The notes: generated by a model from the letters alone, not told the origin. 39,739 nucleotides of DNA from Flavobacteriales bacterium (GCA_022763165.1 JALEGO010000631.1:1-39739); one strand, 5' to 3'. Numbered from the stretch's first letter, positions 8,671-19,323 are shown. A program made the numbers and translations.

Positions 8671-11316
8671 ATGAAAAAGTCATTAAAAGCCTTATTTCTT
8701 CTTGCACTATTAAGCATCAATTTGGTGCACGCAAGTAACGTACCAACGAGCGATGTCCTCAAAATAAGTGAGAACTATTATGCTAATGTCTCACCTACCC
8801 GAAACACTTCGTTTGTTGGGAACATTGCATTGACAATTTTTGAGAAGCAATCTCGATCAAATAACAGTCCATTGTTCCATGTTGTGAATGTAAATAATGA
8901 TGGGTTTGTGGTTGTGGCTGCTGATAATGAAGTTAAACCTATTCTGGGCTATTCAACAAATGGTCAATTCGATCCAAATAACATTCCTGTTCAATTGCAA
9001 GATTTGATCAATTCATGGCAAGAAGGTATTGAGCGTGAAATCAAAGACGCTATTCCGGCAAGCACCTATACAAGTAACCTTTGGACTCAAGCACTTCAAG
9101 GGTCCTTCTCAGGTTCTAGAAGTGGATCTGTAGCTCCTTTAACAACCACTACATGGAACCAATGGCCTCGTTATAATAAATTCTGCCCAGGAGGAGCTCC
9201 TACTGGCTGCGTTGCTACTGCCGTTGCGCAAATTATGAAATACCACAACCACCCTCCTCAAGGTTCTGGATCCCATTCTTATACACACCCTGATTACGGA
9301 ACGCTTTCTGCAAATTTCGGAGCTACGAGTTACGACTGGAGTGTTATGCCAAACAAATTGACTTCTTCGAGCTCTCAAAACGAAATAGATGAAGTAGCAA
9401 AAGTAAATTATCATATCGGTGTGAGTTTGGATATGGATTATGGACCAAATGGAAGCGCAACTTACAGCTACAAAGTAAGAAACGCCTTAAAAGATCACTT
9501 CAATTACAAAAACTCAGTTTCTTTAAAGTATCGTTACAGCTATTCTCTTTCAAGCTGGAAGAACATGCTTAAAAATGAATTGGATAACAACAGAGTTGTT
9601 TACCACTCCGGCTTTTGTCCTGATCCAGCTGCAGGACACGCCTTTGTGATTGACGGGTATGACACCAATGACATGTTTCATGTCAACTGGGGTTGGGGAG
9701 GCTCTTACAACGGTTATTTTGAAATCAATAACTTAAACCCTGGATCAACATACACATGGAATCAATCACAAAAAGCGATCATTGGCATTGAACCTATTCA
9801 AATGACACTTGATTTGAAACTTGCAGATGAAACACTTTATCATAGGGACACAACATATAATGATACAACATTGGTTTGGGATACGGTATTGTTACAATTC
9901 GACACTGTTTTAAACCCAATTACAGAGCACTTAGACACCTTTTCTTTTGACACAAGTATTGTAGACACTTTGGGATTGGTACAAGATTTTTCACTTACCA
10001 CGACAATTGGCAATTGGGGAAACATCTTTTATAACGGAAGATTTATGGCAGCAATCTGTGATTTAAATAATGTAATCATTGACACTGTTGAAATTTCTGA
10101 CACAGTGGGTATATCAGCCTACGATTACATGACCATTGTTTTTGAATCAAAGGCCAAATCATTGATGCCTGGAGATTATAAATTCTCAATCTTCTGGGAT
10201 GACAATGGCAGTTGGCAGCTAATTGACCAAGATTACTATTATAATGGAATACATTTTTACAACAATGGTGGTCAAACTGAACCTGAAGGTATATTGTCAT
10301 TTGGTTCTATTTCCATCAACCCAGACCCAATCTATGCGGATACTGCTTTTCAGGTAGAAATAATAGTCAAGAATAATCAAAACACGTCTTGGACAGGTTT
10401 GGTTTCTGCAGATTTTCACGAACTCAATGGAGACTGGTTAGATGAAATTGGGCATGTCAGCCGAACGTATCAACCATACGAAATAGATACTATCGTATTC
10501 AACGCCCCAGCTACAGATCTAGATCTTGGAGGATATCTAATAGGTATTTGGAACCAAGAACAAGGTTCAAATTGGGAAATGGTTAAAGAGGGATATTTCA
10601 AAAACAATAGGGAAGTACAAATCGTAGAAAAGGAATTTGCACTTGTACCTGATTCATACGAGGACAATAACAGCCCTCAAAATGCATATGATTTCTACAC
10701 CACTAGCTTATTCAACAACAACGCTGCGCTGATTTATACAAACAGTACTAACATTCATAATGAGCTTGATCAGGATTACTTCCGAGTAAATTTTGAGGCT
10801 GGATATACATATGAAATCACTCCAATCCTATTTGATGCTAGCGCACCAAACGCTCCAAAGGATTACACCCTTGAGGCGGTATTCTCATATGGTGTCAACA
10901 CGAACCCGACACTTCAGTATTATGATAATGAGGAGGTGGGAAGTATATCAATTGATGGAGACGGGTTTGTCTCATTTCATGTACAACCTTACTTCCAAAA
11001 TGCAATGGGAACATATAATCTTCAATTCCAAATCACAAGAACACCTAATTTCACTAATGATCTTTCAGCCGTGAACAGTTCCGAAAGTGTGAACATTTAC
11101 CCCAATCCAAATAACGGTCAATTTACCATTGCAAATATTTCCCAATGGAATTCAGCAAGTATCTTTGACGCTAATGGCAAATTGGTTTATACATTTGCCA
11201 ATCTTAAAAATGAATTGATTGAGGTGAATCTTTCAGACAAACTAAATAAAGGAATCTATTCGATCCGACTGGAATCTGAAGATAAAGTTTACAACGAAAG
11301 GTTTATCATAAAATAA
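8671..11316 (+). CDS. C10 (streptopain/SpeB-like) cysteine protease with propeptide, Ig-like domains and T9SS type A CTD
   Basis: PTGCVATAVAQIM (catalytic Cys), GHAFVIDGY (His), HVNWGWGG; propeptide GFVVVAADN..PILGYS; signal peptide from ATG 8671; YPNPNNG CTD. Confidence 0.92.
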   Translation: MKKSLKALFLLALLSINLVHASNVPTSDVLKISENYYANVSPTRNTSFVGNIALTIFEKQSRSNNSPLFHVVNVNNDGFVVVAADNEVKPILGYSTNGQFDPNNIPVQLQDLINSWQEGIEREIKDAIPASTYTSNLWTQALQGSFSGSRSGSVAPLTTTTWNQWPRYNKFCPGGAPTGCVATAVAQIMKYHNHPPQGSGSHSYTHPDYGTLSANFGATSYDWSVMPNKLTSSSSQNEIDEVAKVNYHIGVSLDMDYGPNGSATYSYKVRNALKDHFNYKNSVSLKYRYSYSLSSWKNMLKNELDNNRVVYHSGFCPDPAAGHAFVIDGYDTNDMFHVNWGWGGSYNGYFEINNLNPGSTYTWNQSQKAIIGIEPIQMTLDLKLADETLYHRDTTYNDTTLVWDTVLLQFDTVLNPITEHLDTFSFDTSIVDTLGLVQDFSLTTTIGNWGNIFYNGRFMAAICDLNNVIIDTVEISDTVGISAYDYMTIVFESKAKSLMPGDYKFSIFWDDNGSWQLIDQDYYYNGIHFYNNGGQTEPEGILSFGSISINPDPIYADTAFQVEIIVKNNQNTSWTGLVSADFHELNGDWLDEIGHVSRTYQPYEIDTIVFNAPATDLDLGGYLIGIWNQEQGSNWEMVKEGYFKNNREVQIVEKEFALVPDSYEDNNSPQNAYDFYTTSLFNNNAALIYTNSTNIHNELDQDYFRVNFEAGYTYEITPILFDASAPNAPKDYTLEAVFSYGVNTNPTLQYYDNEEVGSISIDGDGFVSFHVQPYFQNAMGTYNLQFQITRTPNFTNDLSAVNSSESVNIYPNPNNGQFTIANISQWNSASIFDANGKLVYTFANLKNELIEVNLSDKLNKGIYSIRLESEDKVYNERFIIK

Positions 11317-11345
11317 AGAGGGAATTTTTCCCTCTTTTCTTTTTC
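11315..11345 (+). terminator. Intrinsic terminator after the C10 protease
   Basis: AAAGAGGGAA-ttt-TTCCCTCTTT stem followed by T-rich tract. Confidence 0.7.
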
Positions 11346-11377
11346 CATCCTAACCTAGTTTGCTGAAAGTCGATTAA

Positions 11378-12898
11378 TCAATTGACAATCTCGATTCTCC
11401 TTAAGACAGGCAACTCACCGAATTGTTCTATTTTGATAAAATATAGGCCTGAGGCAAGTTGATGATTCAACCGAGCATAATTATTTTTTAATTGTCTTTT
11501 AAACTTCAATTGACCTTGAAGATCAAAGATTTCCACTAAGCCCAATTCATGACCAGCAGTAATGTTGATGAAACCACTGCTAGGATTAGGGAAAATGTTA
11601 AACCTTTCTGAATGGTATGCGTCTATGTTTACCGTTGAACACTCTGAGCCAGCCCCTATCCACACAACTGAATCGAGAAAAGCGCAGCCTGCAGAGTCAA
11701 CAATAGTTGCGACCAAGACCGGACTACTCTGACTACCAGTATACAGAGACCAAACGGAGTCAGAGTGAGACAAAACAGTATCTGGCCACCAAGAAATTGA
11801 ATATGGGTGGCGATTGCCAATGATTTGAGTTGAAATGAAAGGCTGATTAGCTGTAGAATCGCAACCTGTCTGAACTTGGATACTAGGAGGGATAGGCGCT
11901 GGAACAAATATCGAGTCAATTTTCACACATCCATTTCCATCAGTAACGGTTAAATAATACATTATCTCTGTACAAAATCCTATAGGGTTTGAAATAGTCG
12001 CAGAGGTTAAACACCCGCTTGGAGACCAATTATAAATATAAGGGGCGACACCATTTGAAGCTGTTGGGTTTCCACCAAGGATAAAAGTACCGCCCGTACA
12101 TAGAACATCGCCAGGATCCAGTTGAACATTGCAATTGGAAATCAAAGAATCACAGTTTTGAGGAATTGGCCAATCCCAACCCACTATAGTATCTTGAATG
12201 GAAAAGCCAGAAACTGCTGAGAATTGAGCATCACAAATTGATGAGTTGAACAAAAAAGTCCAAGACCTATTAAAAAAGCAACCATTTAGACAGTCTCCCC
12301 AACCCAACTTAAAAGTTAACTGATTTCCATTGATTTGAATCTCATTATCTTCACCGAAATAAGGATTTGTGGTGCAATAAACAACTCCTGAAACCGTATC
12401 CAGCATACTTACCAATGCAGACACGTTTACCGTATCATTTAGGTCTATTACATGAAATGCTCCAGAAGCAGAAGCGAATATATTATAATTAAAAAAAGAT
12501 AAAAGACTATCCACAAAAGCATTACCACTTTGATTTCCTGCCAACAAGTTTTGAACCCATGCCTGATTCGTATCAAACTTTATCGTCAATTGGTGCAATA
12601 CAATATCAGGACGGTCGTGTATACAATATATCGCAAAGACAGAGTCTCTTTCAGGAGAAGGCAAATTATAAATGCTCGTTAAAGCATCCCAAACATGATT
12701 TTCAATCCAACTTGGTATAAAGATTGAGTCCTGAAGACCAATTTGGTTCATGTAATCTACTGAGATACTTTTGACATCAGCTTGGTAATTGGATAGTATA
12801 AAACCTGGAATGGTGCAACTTGTTTGAGCGTTAATTTCAGCCAACGAAATATTAAAAAAGATCAAAAAGATACATGGTCGAATGAGGTGAAAGTTCAT
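11378..12898 (-). CDS. Uncharacterised T9SS type A cargo protein
   Basis: Signal peptide; GWGDCLNGC motif; LGGNPTA..G.APY.YNWSP repeat shared with the next gene; FPNPSSG CTD. Confidence 0.8.
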   Translation of the reverse strand: MNFHLIRPCIFLIFFNISLAEINAQTSCTIPGFILSNYQADVKSISVDYMNQIGLQDSIFIPSWIENHVWDALTSIYNLPSPERDSVFAIYCIHDRPDIVLHQLTIKFDTNQAWVQNLLAGNQSGNAFVDSLLSFFNYNIFASASGAFHVIDLNDTVNVSALVSMLDTVSGVVYCTTNPYFGEDNEIQINGNQLTFKLGWGDCLNGCFFNRSWTFLFNSSICDAQFSAVSGFSIQDTIVGWDWPIPQNCDSLISNCNVQLDPGDVLCTGGTFILGGNPTASNGVAPYIYNWSPSGCLTSATISNPIGFCTEIMYYLTVTDGNGCVKIDSIFVPAPIPPSIQVQTGCDSTANQPFISTQIIGNRHPYSISWWPDTVLSHSDSVWSLYTGSQSSPVLVATIVDSAGCAFLDSVVWIGAGSECSTVNIDAYHSERFNIFPNPSSGFINITAGHELGLVEIFDLQGQLKFKRQLKNNYARLNHQLASGLYFIKIEQFGELPVLRRIEIVN

Positions 12899-13013
12899 AA
12901 ATGAAAATTTGCTTGTTAAGGAATTTGAATTGGCTCTAATTTATTGCAATATCTATTGTTTCTAAAATAAACTAGAGGACACTTTTAGGGTCAGCCACGA
13001 GAAATCTAATATT

Positions 13014-15893
13014 CTAATCAAGTATTTCAATCCTCTTAACAATAGGCTGATCCTTATCTTGACCTACAATTTTCAAGAAATAGATACCTGCTGGAAGCGA
13101 ACTATTCAAAACAACATTCTTGGACATCAATTGGCTTTGATACTCAATTTGACCTAGCGCATTGACAATTTCCAAACTAGTGATAAAATCACTTGACTGG
13201 ATATTGATTTGCCCTTTGCTTGGGTTGGGGTAAACCGAGATGAAAGGTTTGTTCAGTTGATCATTTTCTCCACCTTCAAGAATAATAATGCTTTTATTGT
13301 TAGTACCTACTTGTAAAGGATAGCCACTTTCATTATTTGCAGAATGCACCACTATCTCCAAGCTTAAAGTGTCTACAACAATCTCAGAAGCTCCAGTTAA
13401 GTCATCCGCTGTTACAATTTCTAAGGCTCCTATTTGACCATTTCCCGCACTCGCAATTTGATCTGTTTTGGTAATCGCTATATCAATCTTGCCTTGAGCT
13501 GTGAAATTGGTATCCACATCTATTCTTGTGGATGGAGAACCAATCCAAGAAGTAGTATAGCTCAATGTCATGTTGCTGGTGTCGACCAAATCGTTATTGT
13601 AAAGAATAGAGAAGGCCAAACCATAAATACTATCAGCCGGCAAAGTGTTCGTACCAAGATGGATGGGTATAATCAACGATTGATTTTCACCTACTGTATC
13701 AAAATTTGGCCAATCAAAAAACAATACTGGATCAGTAGCACTTGCTAAATCATCGGTTTTATTATGTGTAAGGCCATAGTTCAACAAGACTGCATTGAGA
13801 TCATTAAGATCGACCAGTCCATCCCCATTACAATCAGCATGTTTTTGATTCAAGCCGCTGAGGAATTGACCAGACCAATCTCCAGCAGCTTGTGGAAGCC
13901 AATTGACTGATGCATTAGGGCGAGTCAAACCTGCACTATTGTAAGCAACACCAATATTCAACACATCAACAATATCCGCTACACCATCAGAATTCGCATC
14001 TCCTGGCCACACGGAGTCCAAAGGAACAGTGCACACCTCAATAGAGTCGACATCAAAACAGCCATGAAGAGTATCTTGAACAGTCAAGGTATATACTATG
14101 GTATCTGAAGGACAAGAAATTGGATTTGCAATAGAATCATCATTCAAATCAATGTCTGGAGACCAAGTATAAGTAGTGTTTGGCAAAGTATTGAAGGGAC
14201 CAATCTGAACACAACCACCAATACTTACGCAAGCATCAGGTCCAGCATCAGCCTGAATATTATAACATTCAATATAAATGGAATCCACATCAACACAGCC
14301 ATTATCATCGGTTACGCTAAGAACATAAGTTGTATCACAAGCAAACCCAATTGGATTCCCAATAGTAGCGTCATTTAGCAGTGAGGCTGGAGACCATGCG
14401 AAATTATATGGGGGTGTACCTCCAATAGCTGGATTGAGCCCTCCGAGAACGAATGTTCCAGGACAAATAGTATCATCTGCGCCTGCATCAGCTTGCAGTG
14501 AGGTCGCACAGGACACGTAAATACTATCAGTTCCTGTACAGCCATTGGCATCTGTCACACTCACGGTGTACATTGTATCACAGCCGGATGTAATTGGATT
14601 TGCAGTGTTCACGTTAGTTAAGGACCATGATGGCGTCCAGAGGTAAGAGTACGGAACCACTCCACCAACAGCAGTAGGGCTTCCTCCAAGTTGTACAGTT
14701 CCACCAGAACATACATTTGGGGAACCTGCATCCACCGTAATTCCAGAAACGTGGACAAAGTAACTTTTTGACGTATGCCCAACATAAGGACAGACAGAAT
14801 CACTTACCGTTAATGTAAATGATAGAGTAGTGTCATTTGCTGGTGCAGTAAACGAAATATCTACCAAAGCAGAATTACCACTGTAGTTTACATTGAAATT
14901 GGCACCTTGTATTCCGCCATCCCAAATCACTCCTATATTATCAGGATCTGGATCGCTTACGCCAATAGTTAAATTAACCTGAGAATTGGCACAAACTGCA
15001 GTATCAACATTTGAAAAATTCGAATATGAAGTATCAACTCCAGACAAAACTGGGGAGGCATTCACACAATTAATGATAAAATACACCATATCTCTTCGAA
15101 TGAAACCAATTTTCTGCCCATTTCGGTACTCCTCCACCTCCACGGCCATATTGGATACCACCAAATTGTTTGATGTAAAGCAGACCAAACCCGTCAAGGA
15201 ATCAATGCTAAAATTACTAGCACTGTTAGCAGCGATAGGTGAGCTAGTCGAATGACCAGGTGTATAGGAAATTGGTGTGTTTAACGCTGTCAGAGATGGC
15301 ACTACTTTGTAAACTAAAGAATCTCCATCAACATCAAATGCTTTCAAGTTGAGGCAGTTTTGAACAATTCTGCAATTGATAATATCCGGATCTTGCAAAA
15401 AGCTTGGAGAGTTATTGCATATATTATTATCAATCACAACGTTCAAATATGTATTCTGAGACTGCGGATTATTAATATTTGTTATCGATGGTAGCCTACA
15501 ACAATTGGAATATTCAACCAACCAATCGTTTGAGACACCACTCAATACTATCGTATCTTTAAAAGTATTTTTAATCGTTCCTGGATATGCAGATCCCAAA
15601 TTTGAACAAACCGTGGTCACCGCTGTACATGTTTTTGTGATTTCCATGGTATCTGTAAGGTAGAGATAGACATTGTTTGAAACACCCAAGCTACTTGAAG
15701 AAACTGAAACCAGTTGGCTATCGGCCAGAAAAGTGGCAGAGCACTCCCAGTAAAGATCTAAGGTGATTTCGTACGTGTTGCTTCCTAAACACCGATAAGT
15801 CATTTCACCTCCATTGAGATGTGACGCATGAACATTGAATGATACTATTAAACAAATTGCGCTAAGAATGTGAATTAGTCTAGTCATAAACAT
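13014..15893 (-). CDS. T9SS cargo: Cys-rich N-terminal domain, beta-sandwich repeats, dockerin-like and cohesin-like domains, type A CTD
   Basis: ASHLNGGEMTYRC start; three DAG...Y.W.P repeats; GDANSDGVADIVD and ADCNGDGLVDLND Ca-binding pair; YGLAFSILYN cohesin-like segment; YPNPSKG. Confidence 0.82.
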   Translation of the reverse strand: MFMTRLIHILSAICLIVSFNVHASHLNGGEMTYRCLGSNTYEITLDLYWECSATFLADSQLVSVSSSSLGVSNNVYLYLTDTMEITKTCTAVTTVCSNLGSAYPGTIKNTFKDTIVLSGVSNDWLVEYSNCCRLPSITNINNPQSQNTYLNVVIDNNICNNSPSFLQDPDIINCRIVQNCLNLKAFDVDGDSLVYKVVPSLTALNTPISYTPGHSTSSPIAANSASNFSIDSLTGLVCFTSNNLVVSNMAVEVEEYRNGQKIGFIRRDMVYFIINCVNASPVLSGVDTSYSNFSNVDTAVCANSQVNLTIGVSDPDPDNIGVIWDGGIQGANFNVNYSGNSALVDISFTAPANDTTLSFTLTVSDSVCPYVGHTSKSYFVHVSGITVDAGSPNVCSGGTVQLGGSPTAVGGVVPYSYLWTPSWSLTNVNTANPITSGCDTMYTVSVTDANGCTGTDSIYVSCATSLQADAGADDTICPGTFVLGGLNPAIGGTPPYNFAWSPASLLNDATIGNPIGFACDTTYVLSVTDDNGCVDVDSIYIECYNIQADAGPDACVSIGGCVQIGPFNTLPNTTYTWSPDIDLNDDSIANPISCPSDTIVYTLTVQDTLHGCFDVDSIEVCTVPLDSVWPGDANSDGVADIVDVLNIGVAYNSAGLTRPNASVNWLPQAAGDWSGQFLSGLNQKHADCNGDGLVDLNDLNAVLLNYGLTHNKTDDLASATDPVLFFDWPNFDTVGENQSLIIPIHLGTNTLPADSIYGLAFSILYNNDLVDTSNMTLSYTTSWIGSPSTRIDVDTNFTAQGKIDIAITKTDQIASAGNGQIGALEIVTADDLTGASEIVVDTLSLEIVVHSANNESGYPLQVGTNNKSIIILEGGENDQLNKPFISVYPNPSKGQINIQSSDFITSLEIVNALGQIEYQSQLMSKNVVLNSSLPAGIYFLKIVGQDKDQPIVKRIEILD

Positions 15894-16027
15894 ATACTCG
15901 TTGGTTACAATACAAATATTCGAAATCTATGCTTTCCAAAAAAATACAATTACTTTAATTTGTGGGTTATTATAACTAAATTTAAATATCTAATTAATTA
16001 TTATATAGTTTTTTATACTTAAAATTT

Positions 16028-17422
16028 GTGGATCATATTATATTCGAACATATTAGAAAATTTGACAAAAAAGATTGGAAGTCTTTCAAAACATTTGTTT
16101 CATCACCTTACTTTAACAAAAACAAGAGAATCGTACAATATGTCGAATTCCTGGCTTTAAACCCAAGTTTAAATGACAAAAATGCACTTTTTCGTGCTGC
16201 ATTTCCTGAAAGAAAACATTATAACGATTCAAGTTTAAGATCCATTCACAGCGAAATCCTTCAGCTCATTCTGAAGTTTTATCAAATTGAAAAACTGAAT
16301 GACTCAGATAAAGCGACATCATTAGATATTCTTGTACAAAAGGATCAGTTTAGAACTTACCAATTGATCAAAAACCGATGGCTGAAGCGCTCCGAGAATG
16401 GACTGCAAGATGAAAAATTCTTTCGCTCAAAATTAGAAATGAGCAAGATTCACTATGAATTCTTAAGCAGGAAAGAACAAAGGAAAAGCGAGGTTCTCGA
16501 TCAGGCGTTGTTAGATGTCAACTACAACTTAGACCAGCTCTATTTAGTAGAAAAACTACAATTGCTTGCCGAAATGCAAAATAGAGGCATCTCAGAAAAT
16601 GAGTCCATTACTCTTCTTGAACTCAAGACTATTCTCAACAAACCCATCAACAGAAACAATCAATTCATCCAAATTTTCACTGAAATCCTGACACTTTTAA
16701 GCGATCACGCTGAAAAATCATTTTTTGGGGTTTACGAACTCATCAAAAAGGAAAATCAAAAATTCTCAAAAAAGGAATTAAAGGATATGTTTGAATACAT
16801 TCAAAACTTTTGTATCCGAAAAATCAATCAATGAAATGATCATTTTTTGGAAGAACTGTACAAAATCTACAAATACCAACTTGAAGAAGAAATCAACGTA
16901 GAGAATAACAAAATGAGAATTAGTGACTTTAAGAATATTGCCACATTAGGAATTAGACTTAAAGATTTAGATTGGGTAAGGCATTTTACAAACGAACATA
17001 AAGACAAACTCGACCTGAGGTATCAACAAAGTGCTGAGGCCTACAATTTGGCAAGAATCGATTTTTACAAAGAAGAATACAGCGCTGCTCGAAAAAAATT
17101 AGTCAATGTTGAATATGCAGATATTCATTATGAACTTGGAAGCAGAGCCTTACTTATAAAAATCTATTTTGAAACTACGGATTCAGAATTGATGCTACAG
17201 AACCTAAATTCATTGAAGCTTTTTGTCAGAAGATCAAGATTAATCTCCGATTATCAAAAAAGAATCTATTTAAACTTCTTGAAATGCATTCACAAAATGA
17301 ACCGACTCATTGATGGCGATAAAAGAGTCACCGAAACGCTCGACCATTTGATATATGAAGACAAAGCCATTGCAGACTATACTTGGGTTCGCAAGAAGTA
17401 TGAAGAAATAAAAAGCCTCTGA
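16028..17422 (+). pseudogene. Winged-helix/TPR-like putative regulator interrupted by in-frame TGA at 16832-16834 (ORFs 16028..16834 and 16847..17422)
   Basis: Both ORFs share one frame; read-through gives 464 aa colinear with the paralog at 19324..20694 (NFCIRKINQ*NDHFLEELY vs NFCVKQINANNTKYYVELF). Confidence 0.8.
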
Positions 17423-17441
17423 TTACTCAGAGGCTCTTTTA
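17411..17441. terminator. Probable bidirectional intrinsic terminator
   Basis: AGCCTCTGA-ttac-TCAGAGGCT stem flanked by A-run and T-run between convergent genes. Confidence 0.7.
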
Positions 17442-17489
17442 ACCTATTGCTTTATTAGATTGATTTAAATCATTTAAACCAAGTAGACT

Positions 17490-19181
17490 TTATCTCTTTA
17501 CAACACGATGATGCAAAGTATTCGACCCACTACTGATCTCCAAGAAATAAAGACCCGCATCCACTTCCTCAAGATTGCAAACACCTTGATTCATATATTC
17601 TGATCTCTTTACAACCTTACCATTTAGATCCATTAAAGACCAGCTAAAAGTTTCTTGCGATGCAATATTTAGAACACCACTTGTCGGATTTGGAAAAACT
17701 TTAAAGAGCGCTTCAACATTAGAACTCAAACTAAGTGGCGCACCTTCCTGCGAAACAGTAACAGAATCAGAGACTACATTAACATCAACCACACTTTCAT
17801 CAGCGCGGATCAGCTTAACATTGGTTATGGTGAATTTTAAACTCTCATAGATATTCGTTTTACCAGCGATATCGTCTGTAGTAAAAATGTCAATCTCAGC
17901 AATTTCACCGAAACCTGATTTGTTTACTTTATCAGTTCTGGTCAAAGCTATGTCTAATTGACCATCCTGGTACAGATTCTTATCAAGAGCAATCATATCA
18001 TTGGCGTTAGAAATATTTCCCAGCCAAGAATTCCCATAACTCACAGCAACTGATGATGAATCCACCAAAGCCGGATCATAACTCAAACTGAAGGCTATTC
18101 CATACACGCTATCCGCAGGCAACACAGACTCTCCAAGTTTTACTTTTATATTTACCCAGCTATTGGTATCTACGGTATCCGGAGATGCTTCAAGAATCAA
18201 ATTCACCGCATTCTGATGAAAAGCCGGAGCATCACCTTTAAACCATGTTTTTCCATAATTCAATAAAATCGCCTGTGCATCTAAAACATTTATCGTTCCA
18301 TTACCATCGCAATCCCCATGCTTCTTGCTATAACCATTCGCAAAAGGACCATTTTGATTCCAAATTCCACTCTGCGAGTATTGGCCAACCCAATTCAAAC
18401 TCGCATTTGGTCTCGGCCAATTTTGATAACTGCTTTCCCCATAAGCAACACCTATATTCAGCAAGTCAAAAACGTTGGCCACCTTATCAACATTACAGTC
18501 TCCCGGAAACACAGAGTCATGCGGAAGTATGTGAGTAAATAAATTCAGGCAACCGTTACTATCGTATATATGATACTCATTACACCCCGGCCCTAGATAT
18601 TGTATGTAAACCGTATCGTTGGCAGATGTCACTGATTGATTGCCCTGTTGAAAACCATTACAATCTTCAACAAAAACAACATACCCAGGAGCCCCTCCTG
18701 TCAAACCCAATGTGATATCACCACCATAAGGGGTATGATATGGGTTATAGTCAATGACATCTATTGTTAGAGGGTTTGAACACCCAGAATTCCCTTGAAC
18801 TGCGAACAACACTAACACCGTGTCGATCACAAAAAACCCATTAATGGAATCCCCATAACAGTATTCATAAAATATAGAATCCAAACCCACAAAGCCAGTA
18901 GGAGGAGTATATTGAAATTCCCAAGGCGCCAAGTTCACAAGAGCACCACCCTCTGCTGTAATATTTGCACCATTGCTGGACCAAATAGAGCAGGCGGCCG
19001 CAGAGGATGTATCATCATTCAATCCAATATTTACATTTATAGGTGTATTCATTTGAGTAATGAAGTGGTCATCGCCACTCCATGTAGCATTAGCATTCTT
19101 AGCAAATAGAACTATCATTAATGCCCATACTAAAGTGAGTAATTGTTTTCTCATAACTAATTTATTAAACGTTGTTTTCAT
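17490..19181 (-). CDS. T9SS cargo: Ig-like domain, dockerin-like and cohesin-like domains, type A CTD (start 19181 or 19154)
   Basis: Signal peptide MRKQLL...ANA; GDCNVDKVANVFD and GDCDGNGTINVLD; YGIAFSLSYDP cohesin-like segment; FPNPTSG. Confidence 0.82.
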   Translation of the reverse strand: MKTTFNKLVMRKQLLTLVWALMIVLFAKNANATWSGDDHFITQMNTPINVNIGLNDDTSSAAACSIWSSNGANITAEGGALVNLAPWEFQYTPPTGFVGLDSIFYEYCYGDSINGFFVIDTVLVLFAVQGNSGCSNPLTIDVIDYNPYHTPYGGDITLGLTGGAPGYVVFVEDCNGFQQGNQSVTSANDTVYIQYLGPGCNEYHIYDSNGCLNLFTHILPHDSVFPGDCNVDKVANVFDLLNIGVAYGESSYQNWPRPNASLNWVGQYSQSGIWNQNGPFANGYSKKHGDCDGNGTINVLDAQAILLNYGKTWFKGDAPAFHQNAVNLILEASPDTVDTNSWVNIKVKLGESVLPADSVYGIAFSLSYDPALVDSSSVAVSYGNSWLGNISNANDMIALDKNLYQDGQLDIALTRTDKVNKSGFGEIAEIDIFTTDDIAGKTNIYESLKFTITNVKLIRADESVVDVNVVSDSVTVSQEGAPLSLSSNVEALFKVFPNPTSGVLNIASQETFSWSLMDLNGKVVKRSEYMNQGVCNLEEVDAGLYFLEISSGSNTLHHRVVKR

Positions 19182-19311
19182 TTTTTGGAAGCTTTTCACT
19201 CTACAAATATTTACATACTCTAGCTGCAAAAAAATTACAAATTTTAATATATGTGTCTTAAATATTTCAAATAAAAAATCATTAATATTTGAATTACAAT
19301 ATTTTATGTTC

Positions 19312-19319
19312 TAATTTTG
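19312..19319 (+). promoter_or_regulatory. Bacteroidota -7 element immediately before TTG start
   Basis: TAATTTTG ends 4 nt before start 19324. Confidence 0.5.
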
Positions 19320-19323
19320 TATC

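Noticed and set aside
16832-16834. Genome-wide TGA recoding or selenocysteine
   Set aside because: TGA terminates several ordinary genes here (e.g. 3853, 20694, 35359), and the aligned paralog residue is not Cys
17461-17472. Palindrome TGATTTAAATCA
   Set aside because: AT-rich, lies between convergent 3' ends, plausibly chance
13014-19181. A true cellulosome
   Set aside because: Only one cohesin-like domain per protein and no dockerin-bearing glycoside hydrolases in the window
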